Made by a program: the position numbers and the translations under genes. A stretch of DNA of 64,000 nt, taken from NCBI GenBank assembly GCA_951804945.1, contig OX638149.1, positions 134,726,001-134,790,000 on the forward strand, read 5' to 3'. Under the pieces are notes generated by a model. That model did no database searches. It was not told the origin of the DNA and saw nothing but the letters and a program-made list of their open reading frames with translations. Position 1 is the first letter of the stretch; each line of letters opens with the position of its first letter. This stretch comes from Podarcis cretensis. Lineage: Eukaryota. Shown in pieces: positions 13,030 through 25,132 of the stretch.

Positions 13030-13497
13030 TGTCAGGAACATGCCTTCTCCAAGTGGATCCTCCCAGTGCCAGCGAAACCTCAGAGGGAGAAGGGGGGCAG
13101 ACGGATTTACACAGGGAGAGTAACGGTAGCTCTCCCCCCCTCAGGAATGCCAGACACAGATTCCACGGATTCCCATGAGGCAGGATGAGTTGAAGTGGGG
13201 GTCGGCTCGAGAGGGTGAAGGAGAAGGGAAGGAACAAGCCCTCCCAGAATCTCCTCACAGTCGGCGCATGAGCAGACTCCAGGACCAATGTCAGCCACGC
13301 AGGAGGTGGGGGCAGCGTAGGACGTTACTCTGCTGGAAGGGGAGGAGCCAGACACTGGAGCTATCTGATTCTTCTGGAGATGATTGATCGTAGGGGCTAG
13401 GAGTGAGCTACTGTGCAATTACCCAATAAATCCAAGAAACTATAAAACTGTCGGCTTGCTGTGTCTTGGTGTGAGAGGAGCAACATAAATCCTTACA
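13030..13497 (+). mobile_element. 3' LTR of the Gypsy chromovirus
   Basis: TGTCAGG...CCTTACA directly after the PPT; AATAAA at 13425. Confidence 0.85.
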
Positions 13498-13924
13498 ACT
13501 GATGCACTTGATCCAGTGGTACCAGCTTTTCAAAGTCCAATAGTCATTTACAGCTCCAGAGTACCAATGCTGTTTGATTGTGAGTCTGTTTGTGGGTTTG
13601 GCTGTGTGTTCTGCTGGAGCACATGGACTGAGGCCGAGGGGTTACTGCTGAGAGGAAGCCAGATGGAAGGAGGAAATGTTGTGGGTGGAGTTAACAGACA
13701 GCAGCAGTTCTTCGCTGACTGCAGCTTCTGGTAGCTCATAAACAGGGGTGTTTGTGGGGGTGTTTAGTGGCACTCCAAGGTGACTTTGGAAGGTACAGTG
13801 GGGGGGGGGGACACCTGGCTTGCCAGTAGTACATGTGAAGAGGATCTGGGGGGTCTTTGTAGACCACAAGCTTAACATGAATCACATGGAAGACATTTGT
13901 CTCCTGCTCTAGAGGGTAGAGGGT

Positions 13925-14707
13925 CCTCCTGGATTCTTTGCTGTCGCTTGAGGCTCAGGTCACCTCAGTGGCCCAGAGTGCCTTCCATCAGCTTCGGCTG
14001 GTGGCCCAGCTATGCCCCTATCTGGACAGGGATAGCCTAACAACTGTTGTCTGCGCTCTGGTAACCTCAAGGTTAGATTACTGCAATGTGTTATATATAG
14101 CGCTGCCTTTGAAGACGGTTCAGAAACTTCAGCTGGTGCAGAATTCAGCAGCCAGGTTGCTCACTGGAACAATATGGTTTGAGCATATTATACCAGTCCT
14201 GGTCCAACTGTACTGGCTACCGATTAGTTTCCAGCCCAAATCAAAGTGCTGGTTTTGACCTACAAAGCCTTAAATGGTTCAGGACTGCAATACCTCAAGG
14301 ACCACCTCTTTCCATATGAACCTACCCGGACCCTAAGATCATCCTCTGAGGCCCTTCTTTGTGTGCCTCCTTGAGAGGTCAGGAGGGTGGCAACACGAGA
14401 ATGGGCCTTCTCTGCAGTGGCTCCCCTTCTGTGTAATGTTCTCCCCAGGGAAGTTTGCCTGGCGCCTTCACTATATACCTTTAGGCGCCAGGCAAAAACA
14501 TTCCTTTTCAACCAGGCCTTTGCCTGACTTGATCTACATCCTACAGTATACCCTTTTTAAAATGCTGGCTCTTTGGGGTTTTTTTTTATTGGGTTGTTTT
14601 TGTTTTGATTTTATGTATTTGATATTTTATGTGAACTGCCCTGAGACCTTTGGGTGTAGGGGGGTGGTATAGAAATTAAATTAAAATAAATAAATAAATA
14701 AATAAAT
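13925..14707 (+). mobile_element. L2-clade LINE 3' end with (TAAA)n tail, inserted in a CR1 remnant
   Basis: VCALVTSRLDYCNVLYIALPLKTVQKLQLVQNSAARLLTG; CR1-like sequence on both sides (about 13840-13920 and 14710-14770). Confidence 0.88.
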
Positions 14708-15210
14708 GATAGGACTCGAACCAATGGATTCAAGTTACAGGAAAGGTGATTCCAACTAAACAACAGGAATAATTGCAAATGCAGTTCAGTGTAAGTGTCA
14801 TCATGCACATCTATGGTGTGAACATGCTTGGAATACTTTGTACAGTTCTGGTTGCTGCATCTCAAAAAAGACAGTGTAGTGCCAAAAATGATCATGTCCC
14901 TGAAAGAAAGGTTATGTTTGGGGGGAAGGTGGATGTGATCAGTGCCTGTAAAATTATGCATGATGTGTAGACTTGCAACACTAAAACCTTGGGTCATCAT
15001 TGGTGGCAAATTGAGAACAGACACACTTAACATAAGCAATCTTCTGAGAAACTGACAGAACTCCATATGTGGTTACCTTCCACATCTACTAAAAGCACTC
15101 CAACATACCATCAATATTCTGAAGCCTGTCATGCACTCTGAATCTTCTATCACTCTGCTAGTCTACTTGCCCTTATTACAGATGGCCTCCTAATCCAAAA
15201 CAGCTACATA

Positions 15211-16560
15211 CCGTAATTTTCGCTCCAAAACACACACTTTTTTGCTCCTAGAAAGTAAGGGGAAATTCCTGTGCGTGTTATGGAGCGAATGCACTCGACT
15301 GGAGCCATGGCTGCCGTCAGTCAAGCAAAGCGGGAGCCGCTTGCAGGGCTTCTGTCCCGCTTTGTGTGGCTCTAGCTTTGCTTGCTTTACAGCCAGGAGG
15401 AGGGGGAGGAGCCGGGGAGGAGGGAGGGAAGGAGAGCCGTGGCAGCAAAGCGGGCAGCAGCCGCTTACACGGGAGGAGGGACAGACGGGAGCCATAGCGA
15501 GCTGGGAAAAGCGCCGCGTAGCCAGCAACAGCTGCTGCAGCCTCAGCTAGCAAAGGTCCGTGCGCTCTCTAAACGGAGCATTGAGGCTGCAGAGGGACGG
15601 CGGGGCACAGGAGGGCTCTGAGCCACAAGTGCAGTGAAAACCAGTAAAAACGTTTTTAAAAAGGCTGCTGGGGACAGGAGGGCACGGGATGAGGGAGAGG
15701 GGGAAATTACGATTCTCCCAGCGTCTCAGCTGATCCGCTAAGCAGGACTTGGGTTGCAGGGGATTCGCCATTAGCTGCGTAAAGCAGCAAAGAGGGAGAG
15801 AAGGAGCAAAGCGGGAGAGGAAAGGAGTTGCTTACACTGCTGTAAGTGGCTGCTGTCCGGTTGGCTCCTTTAAAGCAACAGTGCTCTTTCCCTCCCCCCT
15901 CCCCGCTCAGCTCACCAAAAAGCTCCTTTTCCACACACCCCACGTGAGCTCCTTCTCCCCTTAAACACCTCTCCTGCATCATTAGCAGCATCCTTCTCCA
16001 CACACCCCACGCGTGTTCCTTCTCCCCATAGACCCCTCGCCTGCATTATTAGCCGCATCCTTCTCCACACACCCCACACGTGTTCCTTCTCCCCTTAAAT
16101 CCCTCTCCTGCATCATTAGCAGCATCCTTCTCCACACACCCCACGCGTGCTCCTTGTCCCTTGAATGCTTTTCCTTCCCTCCCCACTTAAAACGTGGTTA
16201 CAAAGCACGGATCCACATGGATCCTCAGGATTTTTGCACTGGGTCACCCCAAGTTCACCATCAGATCACATAGCATATCCATGGCTACAGCCTGCACCAA
16301 AAAACACACACGCACCCACTGTTTCATGGGGCTGCAATGGCGCAAAAACATGGTTACAAAGCATGGATCCACATGGATCCTCAGGATTTTTGCATTGGGC
16401 TACCCCAAACTCACCGTCAGATCACATGTCTGTGGCCACAGCATGAACCACAAAAATCATACATCCACTGTTTCGTTTAGAATATTTTTTTCTTGTTTTC
16501 CTCCTCTAAAAACTACGTGCGTGTTATGGTCAGGTGCGTGTTATAGAGCGAAAAATACAG
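15211..16560 (+). mobile_element. GC-rich Tc2/pogo-type non-autonomous transposon (1350 bp) with internal tandem repeats
   Basis: TA-CCGTAATTTTCGCTC ... GAGCGAAAAATACAG-TA; 67-bp repeats start at 15931, 15998, 16065 and 16132; about 80 bp duplicated at about 16195 and 16351. Confidence 0.85.
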
Positions 16561-16713
16561 TAACATACAAGAACTGACCACCTAACAGACACAAACCACA
16601 CTCTGCAACAAACCCAGATGCCAGCACTGTCCCTAGATCTTATTTTGCATATATTTAAGCTGTAATTGAATTGTCACAGGTGACATTTCTCACACTTCTA
16701 GACAGTGTGCAGG

Positions 16714-16856
16714 AGGGGCCACAGCTCACTGCTTTGTACACCAAAAGCCCTAGTTTACCTCCTGGCATCTCTAGTTAAAAGGATCAGGCTGCAACCCACA
16801 AGAGTAACTTCCAGTCAGAGTCCTATAGTTTTGGACTAGATTAACAACTAGTCTGT
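16714..16856 (+). mobile_element. Degraded tRNA-derived SINE (Squam3-like)
   Basis: GGGGCCACAGCTCA head; body similar to the minus-strand SINE at 52430-53212. Confidence 0.5.
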
Positions 16857-17229
16857 GTATCATTTGGCTCCCCTGTTTTATACTCCCCCCTTCCCTTTAT
16901 ACCTGTACTTACCTACTGAGGATAACATTTGATGCATCTGATGAAGTGGGACTGTGGTCCTCAAAATATTGTATCATAATACATTTGTTAGTATTTAAGA
17001 TGTCAAAAAACTGTTTCTTGTTTTAAGTAAAATGCAAGTAATAAAATAAAAGTGGTTGTGAAGCAAAAGTAACATTCTTTAAAATATCCACTGCAAAGAA
17101 GATTAGCTTGCAGCTTCAACGTGGAATTTTAATTTGGCACATGGAATAGCACACCTAGTGCAGATTTCAAGTTAAAAATCAAATAAGAGAATTGCATGTC
17201 CAGTACTCATTCTTTACAAATTCAGCTGG

Positions 17230-17373
17230 AGTGGTGGATTCTCCTTTCTTGGAAGTTTCAAGCAGAGGTTGGATGGCCATTTGTCATGTATGATTTAGCT
17301 GAGATTCCTGCATTTCAGGAGATTGGACTAGATGACCCTCAAGGTCCCTTTCAACTCTGCAGTTCTGATTCTA
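17230..17373 (+). mobile_element. CR1 3' end
   Basis: GGTTGGATGGCCAT...TTGGACTAGATGACCCT..GGTCCCTTTCAACTCT...TGATTCTAT. Confidence 0.8.
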
Positions 17374-18659
17374 TTAGTGTGTGTCCCTAGAAAGCCTGAG
17401 CTTAAAACATGAAGCTTCACACTTTTCCAATAGTGACATGTTGCCACAGGTCTGAATGCCTGAAATATTTTCAAGACATAGTATAAAGAAGAAGGCACAG
17501 AAACGAGGTGGGAGAAGAGGCAAGACAGCTAATTATCTTACATCAGGTTGTTTCTAGTCAGCCTTATCCTTTTGGTACAATAGTTCTACTATTTCAAACT
17601 TCAGGATAATGTGGCCTAAATGGGGACATGTGTGTCAAAATCATAGAAAGATATGAAACAGTTTATAATGAGGAGTGAATGTTGCTCAAATAATGAGGCT
17701 GGTCAATCTGTAATGTTAATAAACTGGATAGTATATCTGGATTGTTTCAACAGAAGCTGCCTCCGAAATAAAATCATATTGCAAGTAAACATATGGCTGT
17801 AGAGTGAACTGTAGTGTGGGGTGTCTTCAATGCATGGGAAACATTTTCCAGGGAAATTTTGATGTATTAAGTAAATTAGGGTAAAAAAACAAGAGGCCAT
17901 ATCACAATATTGCAAAGAGGGTACTTGCTCTATACTCCCCCCTCCACCTTTCTAAGCAATATGATACAATAAGATAATGATCTGTTATTCAAATGGGTTA
18001 AAAAAACAACCCTAGTTTGCAGTCTTTGAAACAAGATTCAGAATCCTTTTCTGAACAGAAAAGATTGATCATTCAGTACTTTTAAGAGGTACTTTTTGTC
18101 AAATAGAAGGCAAATAGGCAAAAATACAGGAAGGTATTCCAGATACCACAACAATATGATTGCTTGGGAATACAATGCAATATGACAACATTGTATGTAA
18201 AACCACAATTGCAATATTAACAAAGGTAGAGCTAATTAATCTCTTCTGTGTTCATTTCTTACGTGCAGCTGATTTGGCCAGTTAACTTTAGTTGAGTTCC
18301 ACAGAACTAACAGCACAACTTCTGGCACCCAAAATTAAAAGTTCAATTTAAAATGTGAAACAGATCAGAAGCCCTGTCAAATGGAAACACAGCTGGAAAA
18401 AGGAACTTTGATGTATCTAATGTCTATTGTTTAATGTCTGGGTTTTTGCTTTTAAATGCCAGCGCCCAGCATGGAAGCAATGCCCTCCCATTGTGCAACC
18501 GAGGGTGCTTTGGGTGATGGGGGTGGGGGGAGAAATGTTCCACCTAGAGAAGAAAAAGTTGACAGGCCTGGAGATCTTTTTTAAGAAATTGTGTGCTAAA
18601 TTGAGCAAATAAGCATTCTGTCTCTCTCTCTGTGTGTATGTGTGTGTATGCAAAAGTTA

Positions 18660-19100
18660 GCAGTCAGTCAAGTTTTTATCTCTTAATGAATAGAGACTGC
18701 TGAAGTAAGGGTTAGGTAATTGAGTTTATAATTAATTAGCCATAACCCTCATCAGATAAAGCAGTTGTCGAGATTTTTTTTATCTCCTTCTCTCCTCGGG
18801 GCCTGCCCTTCTTTGTCCTTGTTCTGACAGCCAGCACTTATCTTAGGCCTTCTCTGGGCTTTTGCCCATCAAAGCCCTCCCTGTCTTTTGCTGCTTTTGG
18901 TGGTCAGCTGAGGCCCTTATTGTAGTGTGTGGCTCACAATCAACCTAGCTGTCTCATGCTTGGATGATGAATTAGCGGTAGGAGTTAACATAGAGGTGAA
19001 TTTCAGATTTGTCCACTGATAGCTTGTGGAGCCTCTTCTGTCTGTTAGTCACTCTCCTGGCCTGATATACTGCTGACACTTTGCAACAAAGAGGTTAAAA
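18660..19100. promoter_or_regulatory. Candidate conserved non-coding element; includes sequence similar to the human AGAP1 alternative terminal exon
   Basis: TE-free, with TAATTAATTA and GATAA motifs. 18800-18925 translates GLPFFVLVLTASTYLRP..., resembling the recalled human short-isoform C-terminus. Confidence 0.6.
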
Positions 19101-19481
19101 AGGTAGATGTAGTAAAAATGTTGCCTTTTCCCAGAAACTTAGTGTTCTTACAAAGGAGCCTTAATTTCCTCTGCCATGCGCTTGATTATAACAATACAGA
19201 TAAAATAAATGGGATTTTTCCACTATTTCTTTGGGTGTCCTTATCTCCTCTTTATTCTGGTGCAAGCTAGGTTGATTCCTCACAGTATCAAAATGGAGTG
19301 TCCATGTGTTTGAATGTGTGTCGAATCTTGCAGTATCTAGATGTTTAGTTATGATATTGGTTCAGCATGCCTAAGTTTCATCTCCATAAAGGTTCTGTAA
19401 ATGTTGGCAATATTAAGGGTATTTTTTAAAAAAAAATTCTTAATGCACTTATGTTTATGTTAACAAAGTTTGCCTCCACTT

Positions 19482-20235
19482 CATAGAATTGTAGAGTTGG
19501 AAGCCACCCGAGGGGTCATCTACTCCAACCCCCCGCAATGAAGGAATCTCAACTAAAGCATCCATGACAGATTACCATCCATCTTCTACTTTAAAACCTC
19601 CAATGAGGGAGAGTCCACCATCTCTTGAGCGATTCCGTTCCACTACAGCTCTTACTGTCAGAAAGTTCTTCTTGATGTTTAGTCGTAATCTCCTTTCTTG
19701 TAACTGGAATCCTTTGATTTGAGTCCTACCCTCCAGAGCAGGAGAAAACAAGCATGCTCCATCTTCCATGTAGCATCCCTTGAGATATTTGAAGATGGCT
19801 ATCATATCTCCTCTCAGTCTCTTCTTATACAAGCTAAATGTACCGAGCTCCCCCAACCATTCCTCATAAGGCCATGATCACATTAGTTACCCTCCTCTGC
19901 ATACATTCCAATTCGTCAATATCCTTCTTAACTTATGGTGCCCAGAACTGGACACAGGACTCCATGTGCAATGTGACTAAGCAGAATACAGTGGCACCAA
20001 TAATTATCTTGGAGCAGGACAGTAGAATAGCATTAGCTTTTTTGCTGTTGTACCACACTGCTGACTCCTGTTCAGCTTGTGGTCTGTTAAGACCCTTAGA
20101 TCATTTTCACATGTACTACTGGGAAGCCAGGTATCCCCCATCTTTTATTTGTGTAGCTGGTTCTTCTTGCCCAAGTGTAGAACCTGACATTTGTCTCCAA
20201 TGAATTTCATTTTGTTAGTTTGGGCCCTGTTCTCC
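19482..20235 (-). mobile_element. CR1 LINE 3' fragment
   Basis: Minus-strand FSLYKKRLRGDMIAIFKYLKG; same family as 835-1665. Confidence 0.88.
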
Positions 20236-20549
20236 TATACTGAGAATGGTAACTTGGGAAAGAAGGCCTGAGAACTGGTCTTGTAAGATATCGAACTGTG
20301 CTGTGGTGTCACAGTAGATGGTTGTGTTGTAGTGTCAAAAGAAGACGTTAAAGGTGCTAGTCATTTAGTGTTGATGGTTGTGTCATAGTGTTGAAGTTAT
20401 TGCAGCAGAATTGTTCATAGGGAGAGCAATTGTTATTTTCTTAAATGTATGTTCATCACAGTCATTCTGCTTTTGAATAGGCATTTTTCTGTTTCTGTCA
20501 GAATGTTTTGCAATGCTTTGTGTTTCCTCCCTAACTTGTATGGTATTAT

Positions 20550-20685
20550 GAGGGCTTTATTTCGGTGGGAACTCACCAGAACTCAGTTCCGGCACCTCTC
20601 AGATGGGCACTATTGCCATTCTAATAGAACAAGGGAGGCATTCATGGTGAGTTCCAGCACCTCTTTTTCTAGAAAAATAGTGCTG
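20550..20685. mobile_element. hAT MITE
   Basis: 8-bp TSD GGTATTAT (20542-49, 20686-93); related fragment at about 4408. Confidence 0.7.
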
Positions 20686-20876
20686 GGTATTATAAATGTA
20701 AAAATTATTGTTTTGAAGTGGCTTCAGGAAGGTTTTCACTTGATAGTTTGAACTTAGGTGAAGACACAGGAGTACAAAATGCACAAATACTGCCCGGTGT
20801 GGGGAGCACACACACTTTCTTCTTAAAGTACACAGTAGTGGCATCCAGGATTGGTGTCCTGCTTCCTTTTATTATA

Positions 20877-21105
20877 CAGTGGTACCTCGGGTTAAGAACT
20901 TAATTCGTTCTGGAGGCTTGTCCTTAACCTGAAACTGTTCTTAACCTGAGGTACCACTTCAGCTAATAGGGCCTCCCGCTGCTGCCGCCGTGTCGCCGCC
21001 ACGCGATTTCTGTTCTCATTCTGAAGCAAAGTTCTTAGCCCAAGGTACTATTTCTGGGTTAGTGGAGTCTGTAACCTGAAGCGTATGTAACCCAAGGTAC
21101 CACTG
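20877..21105. mobile_element. Tigger-like MITE
   Basis: CAGTGGTACCT(C/T)GGGTTA TIRs, TA TSD; inverted sibling at 30332. Confidence 0.9.
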
Positions 21106-21821
21106 TAAAGGGAAATGGAACTGTTTAGATGGCCCTGTGCCCACATATGTGTTTTCATACTTGCTTAAGTATAAAACAGCAAGTAGAAGCCATCTTTATT
21201 ACTTGTAGTTGAATCTCTGGTTCTGATCTGAAAAAAACATTTCCTTCCTGCCTCTGGGGGATAGATGTGAGCCAGATAAATTGGCCAGCAGATTTAGTTT
21301 GATTAAGGTCAGCTGTGGCCTTTAGGATAATCAGCTGAGTAGGCTCAGTTCAAATGATGTGAACCTTGTTTGTCAAAAGACCCAATGAGCTCTTGTCTTG
21401 GGACAGGAGAAATGTAGAAGAATTTGGTTAGAGATATGCTGTAAAAAAGGGGTCTTGAGTCTAAGTTTTTCATGCTTTCTGTCTCTGCCAAGGAACATGG
21501 ATGTATACTCAGTATCCTTTTATAACTTATTTTCATTACCACTGGCTGCCTGCTGTAGTTTCTCTCCACTTGCTCGTCGAGCTCATTAGTACTATTATTG
21601 ACCGTATTGGAATGTTTTAGTTCCATTTATTTACAGCAGGATTAGACCAATTTGGGGAGCAGGGGTATGTTTTGTTTTGGATACCCTGAACAAATTAAAA
21701 TCCCCATTTTATTGTATGCCAAACAGCATAAAAATAACACAGTGAATGATAGAGCTGACTAAGATAAGATCTGATACCTCCTTGCGTCCTCTCCTCTGCA
21801 ACCTTGTGTATGCTCCTAGAG

Positions 21822-21956
21822 CAGGCATAGGCCACCTTCGGCCCTCCAGATGTTTTGGCCACAACTCCCATCATCCCTAGCTAACAGGACCAGTGGTCAG
21901 GGATGATGGGGATTGTAGTCCAAAACATCTGGAGGGCCGAAGGTTGCCTATGCCTG
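21822..21956. mobile_element. Palindromic hAT MITE
   Basis: 8-bp TSD TCCTAGAG; TIR CAGGCATAGGC; core shared with 887-1022. Confidence 0.9.
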
Positions 21957-22030
21957 TCCTAGAGGCTGGTTAAGATCAGAAGGGTCTTGATTGTGTCTTC
22001 TGAATATCATGCAGCCAAGGAGCTGCTATG

Positions 22031-22262
22031 CTTGGTTCTCAAACATAATCCGTTCCGGAAGACCGTTTGACTTCTGAAATGTTCGACAACCGAGGTGCAG
22101 CTTCCCATTGGTTGTAAGAGCTTCTTGTACTCAAGTGGAAGCCACATCGGACATTTGGGTTCTGAAAAACCTTCAAAAACTTGAGCATTTATTTCCGGGT
22201 TTTGGGCATTCAGGAGCCAAAATGTACGATAACAGAGGTGTTCAGGAACCGAGGTTTGACTG
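22031..22262. mobile_element. Tigger-like MITE, one end eroded
   Basis: Ends CGAGGTTTGACTG-TA; reverse complement of the 11257 family. Confidence 0.75.
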
Positions 22263-22779
22263 TAAAGCTTTTTTGCACTACGGTCTGCTTCATCAAATGC
22301 ATACAGAATAAAGGATAACACTTCGTAACACCGATAAAGCGAACTCTAGTCCACAAAACATTGCACTGTAATAAATTTCTTAGTCTTAAGAACTTTTTGC
22401 TGTTTTTTTCTGGTTTACCTTGCTGGAAATTATCAAGGAGAGTGTCTAGTTGTATTCCATGACATTTGCATAGCTGAGAAAGGTACCCTGATATTTGTAC
22501 TTGCTTCTCCAGTTACGCCTTGATTTCAAGAATAACAAATTGAAACAGTGACTTGTGACTTGCAGCATATAAACAGAGTAACAGTGTCAAGCAGAGAGGA
22601 GTTCCCATCCAGACAGACCCTGAAGAAGGGAAGTCAGGAAGGAAAAAGTGTTGAACTGAGCAATAAGGCCGTAGGAATTGCACTGTTCTGCACTTGCCAC
22701 CTGATCCAGGGAATGAAGTGGATCTTGCCCTTTGAGCAATGCCTTTCACAATCAGGTTTTAAAAAATTATTTGCTTCTA

Positions 22780-23850
22780 GAGTCCAGGAACCAAGCCTTA
22801 TGGGGAACAGTGGGGGGAGTTGGGTCTGTTTAGCTTGCATAAGAGAATACAGAGGTGATAGAATGAGGGAATGGGTTTCCCAAACCCAAAACTGACTGTG
22901 CAGGCAGTTTGAAACAGGCACCAAAATCCCTATTTTTCCTTAGCTAAGATCCATTAACTTGAGCTCTGAGTCAATGTATAAACAAAAACCCAGCTGAATA
23001 AACAAGTGCTCAGAGCCCTCTCCCTTATCAGTTCATGACGGCAAGGATGGCCTTGACTGTTCCAGTAGAACAGGGATGACACGTCTAGGTCTTATCTTAC
23101 GTCCTGGACACACTCTGACACACAGACCTAGTCTGGGAACAGTGCCAGAGTGTGTTCTTGGAGTTGGTGACCTCTTGCTCCAAGATAAGAGTAGGAACAG
23201 GAATAGCCATTTATGGTCAGAAGTACAGGAAGGAATACCCTTTTATGGTTAAGAATACCATAAAAGGAACATATGTGATGTCAACCTGCGTGTATAGGCT
23301 GACGTGGTTGGATTCCTGGGGAAGGAGGGAGAGGGTGCCTGGAGGATATATATACTGCATGAAATTTCTCTTTTCTTTGGACTTGCTGTGGACACACCAC
23401 GCAGGTGCCTTTCTGCTGTTCCGGAGAGCAGAAATAAATAACTCTTTCTCTGAACCAACCCTCGGTGTCATTTGACTTCCTTCCTCCTGTCCGGGAGCAA
23501 TGCAGAGCCCACCAATTGGTAAAGTCTAATAAGGCTACAATGGTAGCCATCTTCAAATATCTGAAGGTCTGTCACATGGATGATGGAGCAAGCTTGTTTT
23601 CTGATGCTCCAGAGGGTAGAACTCAAACCAGTGGCTTCAAGTTTCAAGAAAGGAAATGAAGACTTAACATTAGGAAGAACTTTCTGAGAGATAAAAGCTA
23701 TTCTAAAAAGCTGGTGGACTTGACTTCCTTGGAGGTTTTTAAACAGAGGTTGAATGGCCATGTGTCAGGGATTCTTTAGCTGTGATTTCTACCTGGCCGT
23801 GCAGGGAGTTGGACTAGAGGACCCTTGGGGTCCCTTCCATACTTTTCTAT
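22780..23850 (+). mobile_element. CR1 3' fragment split by an approximately 680-bp LTR-like insertion (about 22861-23539)
   Basis: CR1 sequence ...AGAGGTGATA (22860) resumes as ATGGTAGCCATCTTCAAATAT (23540). The insert has a TATA-like ATATATATA (about 23347) and AATAAA (about 23433), and ends in CA. No clean TSD. Confidence 0.6.
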
Positions 23851-25132
23851 ACAACAGAATATGGAATATCATTTGCAGAGCAGGATAACTTTAGAGGTAA
23901 CTTCTATTTTCTATAACATTATCATGCATTGGAAAACAAACCACAATTATTCCCTTTCCTCTATTATTCTAAATGTGTAGCTTGTTTTCCTAAGCTGAGA
24001 CTTCTTTATCTGATTTTAATGTGGACTATGAACTTAACCCACACTATTAAAATGGCTTATCTTTCTTATTGATGAATTCATCATGCGTCAGTGCTGATTT
24101 CACCCAGTGTGCTTCCTGCATGCTTTCTCTTTAAAATATCTGAGTATACATAGTGCCATTGTGCTTAAATTTATACTAGTTTATTTTTTTTTATTTTTAT
24201 GCTATTGTAGCATTCCTGTGAGTAGAACTAATAATACTTGCTCCTTTATTCGCAATTGTATGTCTAATTTGAAACCTTGTTGTTACAAACATGATCTGTT
24301 CTCATCAGCTGAATTTGATAGCTTTTTTCCTATTAACCACACTTAGCAAAGCACTTGAAAGCGGTTTGCCTGTAATGGTTTTCCGAAAGTCTCTGTATAC
24401 TATTACACATCCAATATTCCGAATGTTGGGAGTTCTCTGGTAGATATTGTTCTCGTGGGGGAATTCTTTGAGGGATAAGGATGTCATATATTTATCGGTG
24501 CACAGTTGCTTTGGGTCTCCAGTCCACTAGTGTAAATATGTGTAGGCAGTAATACTAAACAACAAACTGAAGAATGTTCTCTCAAAAGCTTTGCATTTGC
24601 TACTCTGGAAAGGTCTGGTCTGGTGGTTGCCTTTCTGTTGTATTCCCAATAATGTGAGCATGTCTTACTCTTAAGACCCAGGAAAGTTGTATATGTTATG
24701 TGTGGCTGTGTGTTTGCAGTTCAAGTTTCTTTCATTGTGGGACTGCCTAACTAGATATGGAATGTAGCTTGTTCTGTGCAACATTTGGTATGAGCTCAAA
24801 AAGTGAGAATATGAAAAGGTACGAAGTGCTTGAAGTTGCCCATGGACTCATTATTCTTGTTGCTGACATCTGTCTGTCTTGAGAGACAATGGAGTGTGCC
24901 TCTGGGGGTGAAGTCAAAGCACTGCATTAGCAGCACTGAGGCGACCTCCCCAGGGCACAAGCCTGGGCAGGGTGGATGGAGGTCCTCTTGCTCTTGGCCT
25001 CGCTGATGTAATCCAAAGGAAAGCAGAGCCATACATGTGGCACTAGCTTGGCTACAAGAGTTGCTGGAAGGAGACATAAAAGGCACCATCCAACCATCTT
25101 AGGGACTCCACTCATATTTGCTGTACAAATTA

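Noticed and set aside
15931-16165. Regular 67-bp repeats (CRISPR-like periodicity)
   Set aside because: Whole units repeat with no unique spacers; they lie inside a TA-flanked transposon in vertebrate DNA; no cas genes.
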